Source: Camelus ferus (lineage: Eukaryota). Taken from it: DNA of 64,000 nucleotides. The notes under the pieces are model-generated. The model ran no database searches. It was not told where the DNA came from and worked only from the letters and a program-made list of their open reading frames with translations. The stretch covers positions 38,566,001-38,630,000 of the forward strand of contig NC_045696.1 of assembly GCF_009834535.1 (NCBI RefSeq), given 5' to 3'. A program made the translations under genes and the position numbers. Positions 40,295 to 52,830 of this stretch are shown in pieces. Numbering within the stretch: position 1 is the stretch's first letter; every line of letters begins with the position of its first letter.

Positions 40295-40405
40295 GTGGAA
40301 GAGGTGATTAGATTTATTCACTATTTTCTGAGTAGGTACTGGGGATTGAACCCAGCACCCTGTGCATGCCAAGCTTGCGCGCTACCACAAGCTACATCCT
40401 CCCCC
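40259..40405 (-). mobile_element. tRNA-derived SINE (camelid Vic-1-like) with long poly(A) tail
   Basis: Minus strand ggggaggatgtagcttgtggtagcgcgc...gggttcaatccccagtacc (Pol III A/B boxes), then a ~35-nt poly(A). TSD ggatgctaaagcactct (40242-40258) / ggatgctagagaattct (40406-40422). Confidence 0.9.
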
Positions 40406-40679
40406 GGATGCTAGAGAATTCTAATTCCTTCTATTTCTGGGATCATGAATAAGGGTGAGAGATGAAAAGCCTGGTCCCAACCATAGCTGAATTTTATTGT
40501 AGCTAAATATGTTTAATCCATGCAAGAAGATCCACAGTGATCTGAGGGATTCATGGGTCCTAAAGCCTTTTCATTATAAATCTCAAATTCAGCATAACAT
40601 TTTAGCAAATATGTTTTATGTTAAAGGTACAGTAAATTCAAACTTTGTCAAATTTTAAATTTGATTCTTAAAAGAAAGC

Positions 40680-41429
40680 ATACAGGCAAAGATGTAGGAA
40701 AAGGGAAACTTTCATACACTGTTTGGGAGCCTATCAAGTGGTACAATCTCTTTGGAGAGCAAGACAGTATGATGACATGTATCTAACTTCCTACAGTCTA
40801 GTGACTCTAGTTTCACGTTCACACTTAAAAGAGATTCTCACGTGTGGTTAGGGAGATGTGGGCAGAGACATTCAATGCAGCATTGGTTTCAATAGCAATA
40901 ATTTAAAAAGGGCTTACATTTTTATCAATAAAGGAATAAGTAAATAACTTTTGATATAATCATGCAGTGAAATAGTATACAGCAGTTACAGTGAATGAAC
41001 TGATGCACATGCACTGACAGATAAATTTAGAAATTTAGAAAATGAAAGATTGAATTAGAGGCACAATACACATAAAATAATTCATTTTAAGTAAAGTTTA
41101 AAAGCACTCCAAACAATATTAAATCACCATATACTATATTTCATACTATATTATATAGAATATATATTGTATTGTTACATATCACAATAACATTATTTTA
41201 GGCATTTTACATTTATACATCTGCTTATAGTAAACATGAAAACACTGATGAAAAAGATACATACCAACTCCAGGTTAATTGTTACTTTTGGGGTAAAAAA
41301 CAAGAGAATTTGATTAAGGAGAATACAAAAAGGACTCTTACTTATCTGGAAAGTTGTTTTGTTTTTAATTACACAAAAATAGATAGAAACCAAATTCTTC
41401 AAAGTTTCTATTTGTTAAAACTAAATGGT

Positions 41430-41430
<1 letters not shown>
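40680..41430 (+). mobile_element. Old L1 (L1ME-like) 3' region
   Basis: aaactttcatacactgtttgggag...gtacaatctctttggagagcaa...cattcaatgcagcattggtttcaatagcaa...caggttaattgttacttttgggg. Confidence 0.65.
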
Positions 41431-41432
<2 letters not shown>

Positions 41433-41477
<45 letters not shown>

Positions 41478-41488
41478 CATATATATAT
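41433..41488. repeat. (TA)n microsatellite
   Basis: Direct read of an interrupted AT dinucleotide run. Confidence 0.95.
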
Positions 41489-42898
41489 TCATTATACTAT
41501 TGTACTTTTCTGTCTGTATGAAATTTCATAATAAACAGTAGGCTTGTGCTTAAAATTACCTTTTTAAGAACATTTTGGTGATTTACATTATAAAAGATTT
41601 GTTTCTCTATTTTTTTCAGTAATTTCTATTTATGAAATGTAATTTTGAAATGAAAATTGTAATTTCCAATCCCTCTTTGAAATGTACACTTTTATTTTAA
41701 CTGGCTGTAGCAAAATAAAGAACAAACGTTTTGGATAAGATAGTTTTACATTCTTTTTGCAATTTAAAAAATGCACCATGTCTCTGATCTCACATTTCAG
41801 CTTTGTGATCGCAGCTTATTCATAAAGTATCAATCACAATAACAGGCTGTGGGAATAAGTTGGTGACATTCCTCTTTTCCGATGAGTCAAGTAGCTGAAA
41901 AATTTGTAAGTTCCCAGCCACTGTGATCACATCCATTTCTTTGTTAATAAGGAAAGTAAGTCATTTTAAAAGATAAAGTAAAATTAGAATATTATTTCAC
42001 AAGTCATTTACTTTTGAAGTCAGAAAATTGATCCAAGAATGGCTTGTTATTTGAATTCATCAGCCACAAAGTCAGTAACTATTCAGCCTTTTAGGAAGTA
42101 GTACCTGTAATAAGAAATAGTGCTTTTGAGTTATTATAATGTGATTTGAAAGATAGAGATGATCATTTTTAAAAGAAAATGCCATTTGATTCCGAACTTA
42201 TCTTTTATTACTATCTTGCTTTATATCACCAAGATTTCATATATTGTAGTCAAGTTAAAAAGCCATTCTGTGGAATGCATACTTCTTCTTTTGTACAAAA
42301 AAGTCCTTTGCCTGTTTTTTTTTTTTTTAAGTAAATCAGTTGTGTTTGCTGTGTAACATTATTGAAAAATAGTTTATATGAAGCATTTGTTAGATATGTA
42401 ATTCTTGAAAGAAAATTATTTGGGTTTTTGAGGGTCTTTTTAAGGTTATTTTTCACTGTTAGATCCATGGCTTTTGTTTTTCAACAGAGGTAAAACTTTT
42501 CAAAACTTTCTCAGAAACCAAACTATGCTCTCCTTTTATTTTTTTTCTTTACTTTTATTTTCCTTTACTTAGGGAAGTAGTAGCTATTTGAACTCCTGTT
42601 TCTCTCAGTACTTGCTGTATTCTAGGCTCATTATACATGTTAAAGAACTAAAGTAAAAGTTAAATTCCAAACCTCATATGCCTCCCCCACTCCTATTTCC
42701 AAAGTAGTTCCTGCTTCCAGCTTCCCACAGTCACAGGAGCTGTCACAACCTCCCAGCTGCCCAGACTCAAAACCTTCCCTCTTCTGCCCTTTTGCATCTT
42801 TCACCTTTAACATCCTCATTCTTACCTACCAATAGGAATCAGTTACCAAATGAACCATCCTGTTTTGGTAGCTCTCATTACCTCTCTTTCCCAGCCGC

Positions 42899-42899
<1 letters not shown>

Positions 42900-42933
<34 letters not shown>
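42900..42933. repeat. C34 homopolymer
   Basis: 34 consecutive C residues. Confidence 0.95.
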
Positions 42934-42935
<2 letters not shown>

Positions 42936-43924
42936 CAGTTCCCTCGAACTTTGATTATTGCAACAGTCTTCTAACTGTTCTCTTTGATGCCTTCTCTCCC
43001 CATCTTGACAAGCCACCTACATCGCTACTTTTTCCCCACACTTTTCACTACTGGATTTAAATATTTACCCTGTTCTCCAATGACATTTACAACTTCATGT
43101 TTTCTGGCTTAAGAGACTTTACATGGTCTTGGTCAATACTTCCTTCTAGACCTAATGCTTTTATAGGACAAATATTTATTGAGTACCTGCTGTGTGTTAA
43201 GCCCATGCAGGCACTGGGCAGACAATAGTGAACAAGGCAAAAATAGTTCTTACTGTACCTCTTTAGTTTCTCTTTTTCCTGTTCTTCCACAAATTAAAGG
43301 GTACCTCTCATTCCCCAACTAACAAAACCTGACAGCTTGTGAAATTTGGAAAACAGATAGTGTACTTTCTAGATACACTGATCATCTTGTTACGTAGGCC
43401 TTTATTTTTCTCCTTGCATAATAAAAGGGAGGGTATTTTTGAAAATAGTTATCTTAATCATTAAACTACTCTCTCCCACTTTTATTGTTTGTGATTTAAG
43501 ATTAGTCTCTTTAGCATCCTTGGGAAAATACCAGGGAGAAGTATTCAGTGAATTCCATAATTATTAGCGTATTGAACTATGTAGCTACATGGTAACTTTA
43601 CCATGTTTTATTCTCATCAATTCCTGGGTCAGGGTGACAAGGAGGGAGGGACTGAGGTGGCAAAAGCTATCGAGTAAAATTTTTTGAACATACATTTTTC
43701 TTCTGACTTTTATTTATTTAAGCCATAAAGAAATTAATCAATTTTTTCTAACTATAACTATGTAGAAGTAAGGGCATTGTTTATGAAAAAAGAATGATTG
43801 ATGCATATCCTTGGTAATACTTCTCTGCTTATTTTCCTGAAAAAGTATGAGTATCATGTTAATAAATATTGTTTTAAAATATTTGACCTTTCTTACAGAT
43901 ATAAAATTAATGCTTGAAAAAAAT

Positions 43925-44285
43925 TAGTTATGCAATGCTACTCAGCAGATGAAAGGAACAAACTACTAATATATGCACCAGTATGGATGAATCTCAATTT
44001 ATTATGCTGAAAGAAAAAAGCTCATACAAAAAAAGATTGCATACTGTATGATTCATTTATGTGAAACTGTAGAAAATGCAAGCCAACCTAATATTGAGAA
44101 AAGGCAGATCAGTAGTTGTCCATGACAGTGGTAGGAGAGGAAGGGATTGCAAATGGTATCTTTTGCTTGAAATAAAAATATCCAGTATCTCAGTGGTTTC
44201 ATGGGCATATACTTATGTCAAAACTTATCAAATTGTACAATGTAAATATATACCGTTAATTATATATGAGGCATCCTATAATAGC
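43925..44285 (+). mobile_element. L1MB/MC-like 3' end
   Basis: atggatgaatctcaa...catactgtatgattcatttatgtgaaactgtagaaaatgcaa...atgtcaaaacttatcaaattgtac. Confidence 0.75.
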
Positions 44286-44729
44286 GAGGGGAAAACATTA
44301 AATTTTAATAATTCACTATATAATAATAGAGGTATCCAAATCAGTACAATCCAGTTTTTTTCCCTAAAAGGCACTAATTTTAGTAAAACTTAAGCATGAA
44401 ATTACTTTAAAAAGATAAACTGACCTACATGTGGAAGTGTTCAAAATGAAATAAGCAGGCACACGATTAGAAGATCATCTGGCTAATAGAACTGGTTGAT
44501 CATGTGTTGCAATTTCTCTTAAGGATGTCTATAAAGCACAAATAAAAACGTAATGAAAAAAGGATATTTCTAGTTGTGCAGTCTGTTAGGTCTAATAGCA
44601 TATTAGCAGAATCTGAAAGGATTCTCTAGATATCCAAGGCAGAAAGAACTGGAATGAAAAGCTTATCATTTGTTTACTTTTCTGAAAGTGAAGAGAGTAT
44701 TCAGCCTTTCCCACCTTCTTCAATCTGTT

Positions 44730-45689
44730 TTTGCTTTGGTGCATTTAGACTATTGGCATCCAAAGTGATTACTGATATTTTTGGATTAATATCTACTATA
44801 TTTGTCACTGTTTTCTATTTGTCGCTTTTGTTCTTTCTTCCTATTTTTATCTTCCATTCTTTTTCTGCCTTTTATCATTCTTAATTAAGCATTTTATATG
44901 ATTCTATTTTCTTCTTTTTTTTTTCTTAGTTTATTGGTTATGTTTCTTTTTTATACTTTCTGTAGTGGCTGCCCTAGAGTTTGCAATATACATTTATAAC
45001 GAATCCAAATCTACTTTCAAAAAGCACTATAACATTTCACAGGTAGTGTGAGTACCTTATAATAACAAAATAGTTCTAATTCGTCCTGCCCACCCCTTGT
45101 ATCACTGTTGTCATTCATTTCACTTATACATAAGCACATATGACCATATATACATGTATATATGATGTATACATATGCATATATATATATACACATAAGC
45201 ATACATAGTTGAATACATTGTTAGTATTATTACTTTGAAGAAAATATAATGTGTTAGCTCATTTAGGAATAAGAATAATAGTTTTTATTTTGCCTTCATT
45301 TATTTCTTCTTCAATGTTCTTCCTTTTTTAGGTAGATCTGGGTTTCTAACCTGTATTATTTTCCTTCTCTCTGCAAACTTCTTTAAACATTTCCTGCAAG
45401 GCAGGTCTACTGGCAACAAATTCCCTCAGTTTTTGTTTTTAAGAGAAAGTCATTATTTCTCCTTCAGTTTGAGGGATAATTTCTGAGGGTACAGAATTCT
45501 AGGTTGGTGGGGGGTTTTATCTCTAAACACTTTAAATAATTCTCCTTTCTTGTGTGACTTTTGAGAAGTCAGATGTAATTTTAATCTTTGTTTCTCTATA
45601 TTTATTTTCCTCTGGCTTCCTTCAGGATGTTTTCTTTACCTTTATTTTCTGTAGTTTGAAAATTATATACCTAGGTGTAGTGTGTAGTT

Positions 45690-45724
<35 letters not shown>

Positions 45725-45845
45725 GCATTTACCCTGATTGGTGTTCTCTGAGATTCCTGGAACTGTTGTTTGGTGTCTGACACTAATTTGGGGGAATTCT
45801 CAGTCATTATTATAGTTTCAAATATTTCTTCTGCTCCTTCCTCTA
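44730..45845 (-). mobile_element. Old L1 ORF1/spacer fragment (L1MC/MD-like)
   Basis: Minus-strand peptide MTENSPKLVSDTKQQFQESQRTPIRVNAKK...TPRYIIFKLQKIK is L1 ORF1. It is followed by the ORF1 end and inter-ORF sequence (ttgccagtagacctgccttgcaggaaatg). Confidence 0.85.
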
Positions 45846-47994
45846 TTCATGGAACCAGGCCCATTATATTTTGATTCAAAAATGTAAGGTCTGAATCAGA
45901 ACAGTGGCGAATCATTTCTGCCTGGTAGGACCTGCTTTTTTGAGACAGTGAGGCTTCTTGCCAGCACTGCTACTTTCTACATTCACTGAGGGATTCATAC
46001 TCATCAGAAAATTGGGAAGTAAGGAAAACAATGCCAAGAAATGATGAATTATGCTGGTGGAAGGTTGAGGGAGATAAGAAGAATATAAGTAACAGTTCAT
46101 GATGTAGATTCTGTATTATGGGTGCCAAAGACTCAGATAATGACGAATAGGAGACTATTTAGTAGAATTATACTTGTTAAAACTCATCTAGAATCTGAAT
46201 GTCTAGGCATACCTACTTGTTGTCCAGCTCTGAGTCTTAGTAGACGACAGCAGGCCCCACATGGACAAAAGTGGAACAAAGGCAGTTCTCTTGTACTATG
46301 AGTTACCAAAGCTCAGACTAGAGAGATTTCTTTCATCTGAAATATAGTGAATAACAAAGCAAAAGCCATTATGTGACCAATTAAAAATATTTCAGAACCA
46401 AGGAAAAGAACATAATATAGATGATTAAGAGGAAGTTCAGACCTCTGAAAATCTTTTACTATTGAAACTACAAACATAGATAGGAAAAATGTTTATGATT
46501 TTCAAAAGGATGTGCTTTGATCTCATGGGGAGAAAAAGCGTAAGGTAAAAAAACAGTTGGATATGAAATGAGAGGTAAATGTGCTGAAGTCATCAGGAAA
46601 ACAATACGTGATAGAGAATAATAAAAGTTGTCATGATAGGAAATGTAGAAATGACAAACTAATCATGTGGCAGACAAATTTTAATGCTTACCCTGCATTT
46701 TTTTTTAGAAATAGTTAAGTAATTAAAGTAGTGAGACAGAGGTCCATGGAGGGATAGAGAACAACTCTAGCCCACTGGTTCTCCTTAGGAAGCATCCAAA
46801 AGTAATTGAAAACAGACCCAAATTAGTCATCACAAAATTTAAGACTTGATCTGCAGAATGAAAAGTTCATCTCGTTTTTATTGCATGGATACAATCTCCA
46901 GACATGTTTTGGTTATATATACTTTTTTTCCCTTTAACACAAGGATTTAAAAATATATATCTTGCAGGTTTTGTGATGGTAAAGCATAATTACTGAAAAT
47001 AATTAATCTGACCTATACTCAGAATAAATCCTAGAAGGTACTCCTTATATATGGACTTCTTACCTTCTGCAGTCACTGACCACTTTGAGAAATGCACATA
47101 CACACATACTTACATGCACAAAATGATGCTCACAAGTTAAAGAGATTCAGTGTCTGCCTTAAGCACACCTAGGAAACTTCTCAGCCTTCAAAGTGCACTA
47201 GGTGTGGAGGGGAAAATACTGTGACACAAACTTTCACACCCAGACAAGTTGCATTTCTTACGGAAAAAAATGAAAAGAGTCTGATACACTCTTCTAGGAA
47301 ATATATTCTTATAGGAAAAAAGTACTTACTGAAACATTTCAAATATAAAGTGAATCAAATATAAAACGTCAGATAGGCTAGTCACAGAGTATTTAAAAAG
47401 TGGCACTTGTCTAAGAATTTATAATAAAGAAATAATTCCAATTTATTTATATAGAAAATATCTGTCAGTAATACTGTAATAGTGAACATTTTAAGTTTCC
47501 TTTGTAAATGTACAGTCTAAGACCTCCTAACTCCTAGATGTTAAAGCAACATCTGCCTTATAACTTACTGCAGTTTCAAAAATTATTATGTGTTAGCTTT
47601 ATTTTAGCATAGTTTCATCTCCTTCATGGTTATACGTCCTCTTCATATAGATGCTTTTTCTCCTTAATCTAGTCAATTGCCCTTTCATTACCGTAGCATT
47701 TTCTTCCTGACTTTATTATTAATTTTAGACTATGTTGGCTTTAATATGACATAGGAATTATATTAACTTTCAACATTTTGCAGTCTTCCTATAATACAAA
47801 TATTCTAGGTAGCTTATGTTTGCCAATCAAAATAAATGAATAAAACAAAATAAATTTTTCTAATGGAAATATACCTGAAAGATTTGAAGTAAATGAAATA
47901 CATAAGATAAAAATAATTTCTCAAAATATAGTTATTATACAAAGTTTCTGGAAAGATTAGTTAGCATAATAATGGGAATAATAGCCTATTTATT

Positions 47995-48210
47995 TTTTAT
48001 TGATGCCTATTATATCCCAAGTTCTGAGCTAGTCACTTTATATAGATTATCTCCCTACGCTTCCCACAACAACCCTAATAGAGAGATGTTATTCGTATTC
48101 CTAGTTTATAGATGATAAGATGAGGTATAGAGAAAATAAATGAATCACCAAGAGTTAAACTGCTGAGATAGGATTCAAAGTCAAGGATATCTAGCTCCAG
48201 ATTTGACTTT
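47995..48210 (-). mobile_element. MIR SINE
   Basis: tttattgatgcctattatatcccaagttctgagctag...cacaacaaccctaatagagag...gataggattcaaagtcaagg. Confidence 0.7.
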
Positions 48211-50854
48211 TTAAAGTCCTGCTGGTATATCCCCCTATGTAGTAGGCCACATCACACTCAGAAAAATCAAGTCAAAAAGACACCAATTTATTCAAGTCCT
48301 GTGTCTTCGTCATGAGAGCAATCATAGGAATTCTCAAAAACTTTTTTTTGTTTTTTTTGCCAAGTGAGAATACTAGCAGGTTGAGTGGTTTTGCTGATGT
48401 GTATGTTATATGCAAATAACAACTTTCTTTTAAGACTTGTAAGTGTTAGAAGTACTCTGGAACATCAAATAATCATGCCTCGGTAAATTAAAGAAATTTT
48501 TGTAGGTTGTGAGCTGTGGTTATGTTTGGGTTGATCCTTTCATCATTTGGGGCCCCAAAGACTGCTTAGCACTTAGCCTAAACATTGGAGGCATTTATAA
48601 AGATATTCTGTTCTCATTCAGATGAAGAGAATTAATTCACTCATGGTTTTACTGTGATTTTTCCAGTAGATTCTCAACTTTATATTAGAAGAAAAAATAA
48701 CCTGTATTTACAAATAAATGAAAGCAGAATTTGATTTTACTTAACATAAAGGTCTGTAATGTTAACCATTTAGAAATATATATTTTAGGTGAACTAGTGT
48801 ATGGATCATGAACGAGTTTTAAAGGAAAGTCTGATAAGCATATTAGCAAAAGATTTAAATTACAGTAACTGATTTTGACATCCTCAGTAAATGCCAAGAA
48901 ACATCGCTTTTACAGCAAGTTTATAGAAGTGTTCAGATGAAATATTCATGAATTCTCTACTAAAAGAAAAGTCTCTTATGGTCTTGTTTGACAGAGGATG
49001 ACCTTTGCTTCAATAAGTTCCCATCTTTGCTGTAACTTAGTGTTTAGCTGCCCTGCTTAGATGAATAAAACATAGCATTTTGTTCTTTGTGTTTTCCAGC
49101 ATATGTGATAATTAATAGAAAGGAAGACTTTGAAGTTTTAAAATGAAGTAAATGGGTTAAAAAGAAAAGGCATTAAGAAATCTTTGAAGATCAATTTCCC
49201 AGCAGGAAATTTGTCAAAGCAATTAGGATCCACCCTGACTTGGGCAAACACAGTAGTGCTCAATTGATGTGCTCTTTCACATAACTAAAGCATTTTTAAC
49301 TTTAGTGATCTGTGCTAGTCACACAGTCAGCCACCTGATGGTTCACACAGAGACGAATCAACAACTCAGGTATTGAAAAAAAAAAAAAAACTTTATGAGG
49401 ATAAAATCGAACATACTTCAGATTTTAATACGAAGACAAAATAAACAGGAAACCATGGATTGGATTACTTTCAACCATTTGTACTAGAGATTCAATCCAG
49501 GTTCAATTTTAGTATTTGTGCTTCTTGCTTAAGTTTTTGTATTCCTTTTGAAGAAAGACAGTATTATTTTCTACTGAAGTATGTTCAGAAAACAGCAGCA
49601 GTAAAGGTAAATAAGATTTATCTATTCGTGTACTGAAGATCTGAACGTTTGTTAAAACAGCATGTGTTCCACCACACCCTTTTAACAAATAAGGTATCAT
49701 CTGGTTCAAAGGAAAGTACCACATTGACTTTGTAGTGATAGGAAACCATTGATGCATTTAACCAGTAGTTTACTTAATGGACTGCCCAAGAGATAGGAAT
49801 TTATTCCATGGTAGTGAAAGATTAATTAGAACTTCAGTATGTAGATATAGTGAATAAACAATGGATTCATTAATATTTTTATAATGTAAATTTTTATAAT
49901 ATTTTAACGTGAAAATTTGATTTTAATAGAGAAAGTAACATCACACATCCCCAGACAAGGAATAATTGTAAACCTGTTTTGGGAATTATATCTGTTTTCT
50001 GCCAAAATTTTCTGACATATGCTGGACACATCCATAAACATTGGAAGAAGGACATTACCCATATTTGGTGAATATGTACTTGCAGAATTAAGACAGGGAA
50101 AAATATCAAGCCCATATTATTGAAATTATTTATCGAAAACATGCCCTGAAAATTAGGTTCTAGCATATTGGCATGTTTTTAACTAATCCGGTACCAATGG
50201 GGAACATGAGATTTATATATGTCACTGGTATGCAATTAACAGGACCTGAAGCATTTCAAGTATATAAGTTTGAATAAATGTTTGATTTTCCTGAGCTGAT
50301 CTTCTAGATCAGCAGTCTACAGAGTATTTCTACAGAGGATTAATCCTATGACATGCTTTTCAAAAAAGTGATTCCTTGGTCAGTTGTATTAAGGAAATGT
50401 GCATGCTATATGACCTTCTTCACTACTTATAAAGCAGAATAACACACTAAAAGCTTTGATAATTCCTTCAATAAGAAAACTTTTTTGCTTTTATTTTTTC
50501 CATGTAGGGTTCACCAAAATGTGTTAAACTACAAAACCTTTTTCCTGTGTGACATTTATTAAAATTCTAGGCATATAATTTTCTGGAATATTATTCTTAA
50601 TGTGGCATTTACCGAAGCTATTCAAATTTAAGAAATATCCTTCAGGAAATTTTTGCCAAAATCCTTTCATACTAAAGAAACAAGTTGTTTCCTACAGGGC
50701 TTTTTAGCATGTAAGATATGTAAGGTTTTCTTGGATTTGTGATGTTGACTATTGCAAAATCTTCTATAGCCTTTATTGATGAAATAGCTCTTTTATGACA
50801 ATAACAATGTTTGTTCAGTGTTGTTTTTTGTTCACAGCAGTAACAGTATCCAAC

Positions 50855-51085
50855 AATTTTGAGTGCTTGGCATGTGACAGAAATTACTTTAAGTGCTTTA
50901 AATGAAATAATATATTTAATCCTCACAATAACCCTGAAGGGTGGATATTATTATTTCTACTTTTTGGAAGAAAAATCTGAGGAAATAGAGAGGTGAAGTA
51001 AATTGATCACAGTCACATGACCAGTGAGTAGCGGAGCTAGGATTCAGAACCAAGCATCTTGGCTCCAAAGCCCTTGTGCTTAGTC
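50855..51085 (-). mobile_element. MIR SINE
   Basis: tttaatcctcacaataaccctgaagg...gtcacatgaccagtgagtagcggagctaggattcagaaccaagcatcttggctccaaagcc. Confidence 0.82.
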
Positions 51086-52389
51086 ACAGCACCCCACCAG
51101 CACTTATGAGAGCCTGCACTGGGGCTCTCCTGATCTCCCTCCATCCCAACTCATTTGTAGCTTGAGGCTTCCAGTGGTTACTCAGATATCTCAGTGGAGG
51201 GGAAACCTAGTCTTGCTTCAGAAGCTTAAGACACTTTATAGTCTTTCTGACTCTTACACACCAGGAACATGGTAGTTAGTACAAATTCTTGAGCCAGAGT
51301 CAACAGAATAAAGTTTCCAAAGCTTAGGCTAATGTTGTTTCCAAAAGTAGTTTTCTAGCATTCTGATATTTTTATGAGCGTAGTGCCAGTAAAATTTTTT
51401 ATTTTAGATAATATGAAATAAAAGAAATATGTTGCTGCCTCTTTTTTGGATATTCACAGTAACATTGTTTAAGCATTATCCAAACTTATTTGAAGATAGA
51501 GTATCTTCTTCATGGAACACCTATCAGTGTCTTAAAGAACAAAATTACAACTACCCTAAGTTTGGTAAATATGAGTTATGACCAGAGATATGCTGGTGCT
51601 TAAAAACTGGCTCTCCAGAGCAAAATAGAAAGAAATTTTTTTAAAAGACTGATTGTGACATAGTTTGAATGTTGTTGTTAAAAGATAGGCAAAGTAGGTT
51701 CTGATAAGCTGACAAATGCCAGTTCCAACACACCATATGTTTCTCAGTCTTCTCAAAATCTAGCATTACCTCTTACATCATCATAAATTAGTGTCTCTTG
51801 ATGTGGAAGCCATTATACAAAAGGTCAAGGGATTTTTAAGGATTATATTCAAGGATCTTATCTGATTATCTTTAAGTGGCCACTCACTTGACATTAGTCC
51901 TTGAAAAGTCACAGTTGGACTAAGTCACTATCAATATAATTGTGACCTATAGGCTTTCTTCCAAAATTCCAACATTAGTTGCATATCAAGATTGCCTCTA
52001 CCCTGATAATTCTAGCTATAGCTGTTTAAAATGTACTCCTATCACAAAAAGCCATTATGTAGGAGTCTGTAATAAAGGACAATGCACATCTACATGGGAA
52101 AACTCCAAAGGGACATCCATAAGGAAAGAAAAGAGGAAAGAAATTTAGACCTAGGTTTATTTCAAGGATCCACTATCTAAAGATCTTTGCTCCCTAAACT
52201 GTAGCATCCTGTGGAGTTCCTTCTAATTCCTTATAAATATAACTTTATTTAAACCCCTCAAACATTATCATAAAATGGCACATTGATAGGTATAAGCATT
52301 TCAGTCATGTTCTCATGAAACATCTAAGCCAGCAATACCATCTGCAATTATACTACTAACGCTGAGGCCAGGCCTGTTGCACGGAAACT

Positions 52390-52830
52390 GTCAGGAAGGA
52401 AAAAAAAAAGTCCTCTACCTCCTGTTTTATTGTTTGGGGGCCTGCAAATTAAATTGATAGAAGACAGGTTATCAACAGAAAAGACATTTTTATTCATGTA
52501 CGTACATAAGAGTTTACAGAAAATCATGACTCAAGGAGATGATTACAATTGGGGGCTTATAACATGTCTTAACAGGGGAAGGGGAGGGAAATAAGAGTAC
52601 TTATGGGAAAACAAATGACTTTTAGAAAAGATAAATGAGACCTTAGGAGAATAGATGGCAGATATGATAGTTCTGTGAAAATGTCTGTTTAGGTGATTTC
52701 TTATCCCCATGTGACTTCTCCTCTCTGGTGTTCGGGGTCAGTCCTCCCTGGTTGCAAAACTCCTGGGGAGGGGATCCTTTATGACAGTTGAATTCTTTTG
52801 GGAAGCTCTGTTTTTAGACAGATAAGTAGA
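52390..52830 (-). mobile_element. ERV1-class LTR fragment (MER34/MER39-related)
   Basis: gggcctgcaaattaaattgatagaagacaggttatcaacagaaaag, related to the left end of the 54573 LTR, plus gggaaaacaaatgacttttagaaaagataaatg. Confidence 0.65.

Noticed and set aside
50305..50590. Possible hAT-Charlie MITE, with a similar patch at ~51345-51570
   Set aside because: The resemblance is too degenerate to assign family or ends with confidence.
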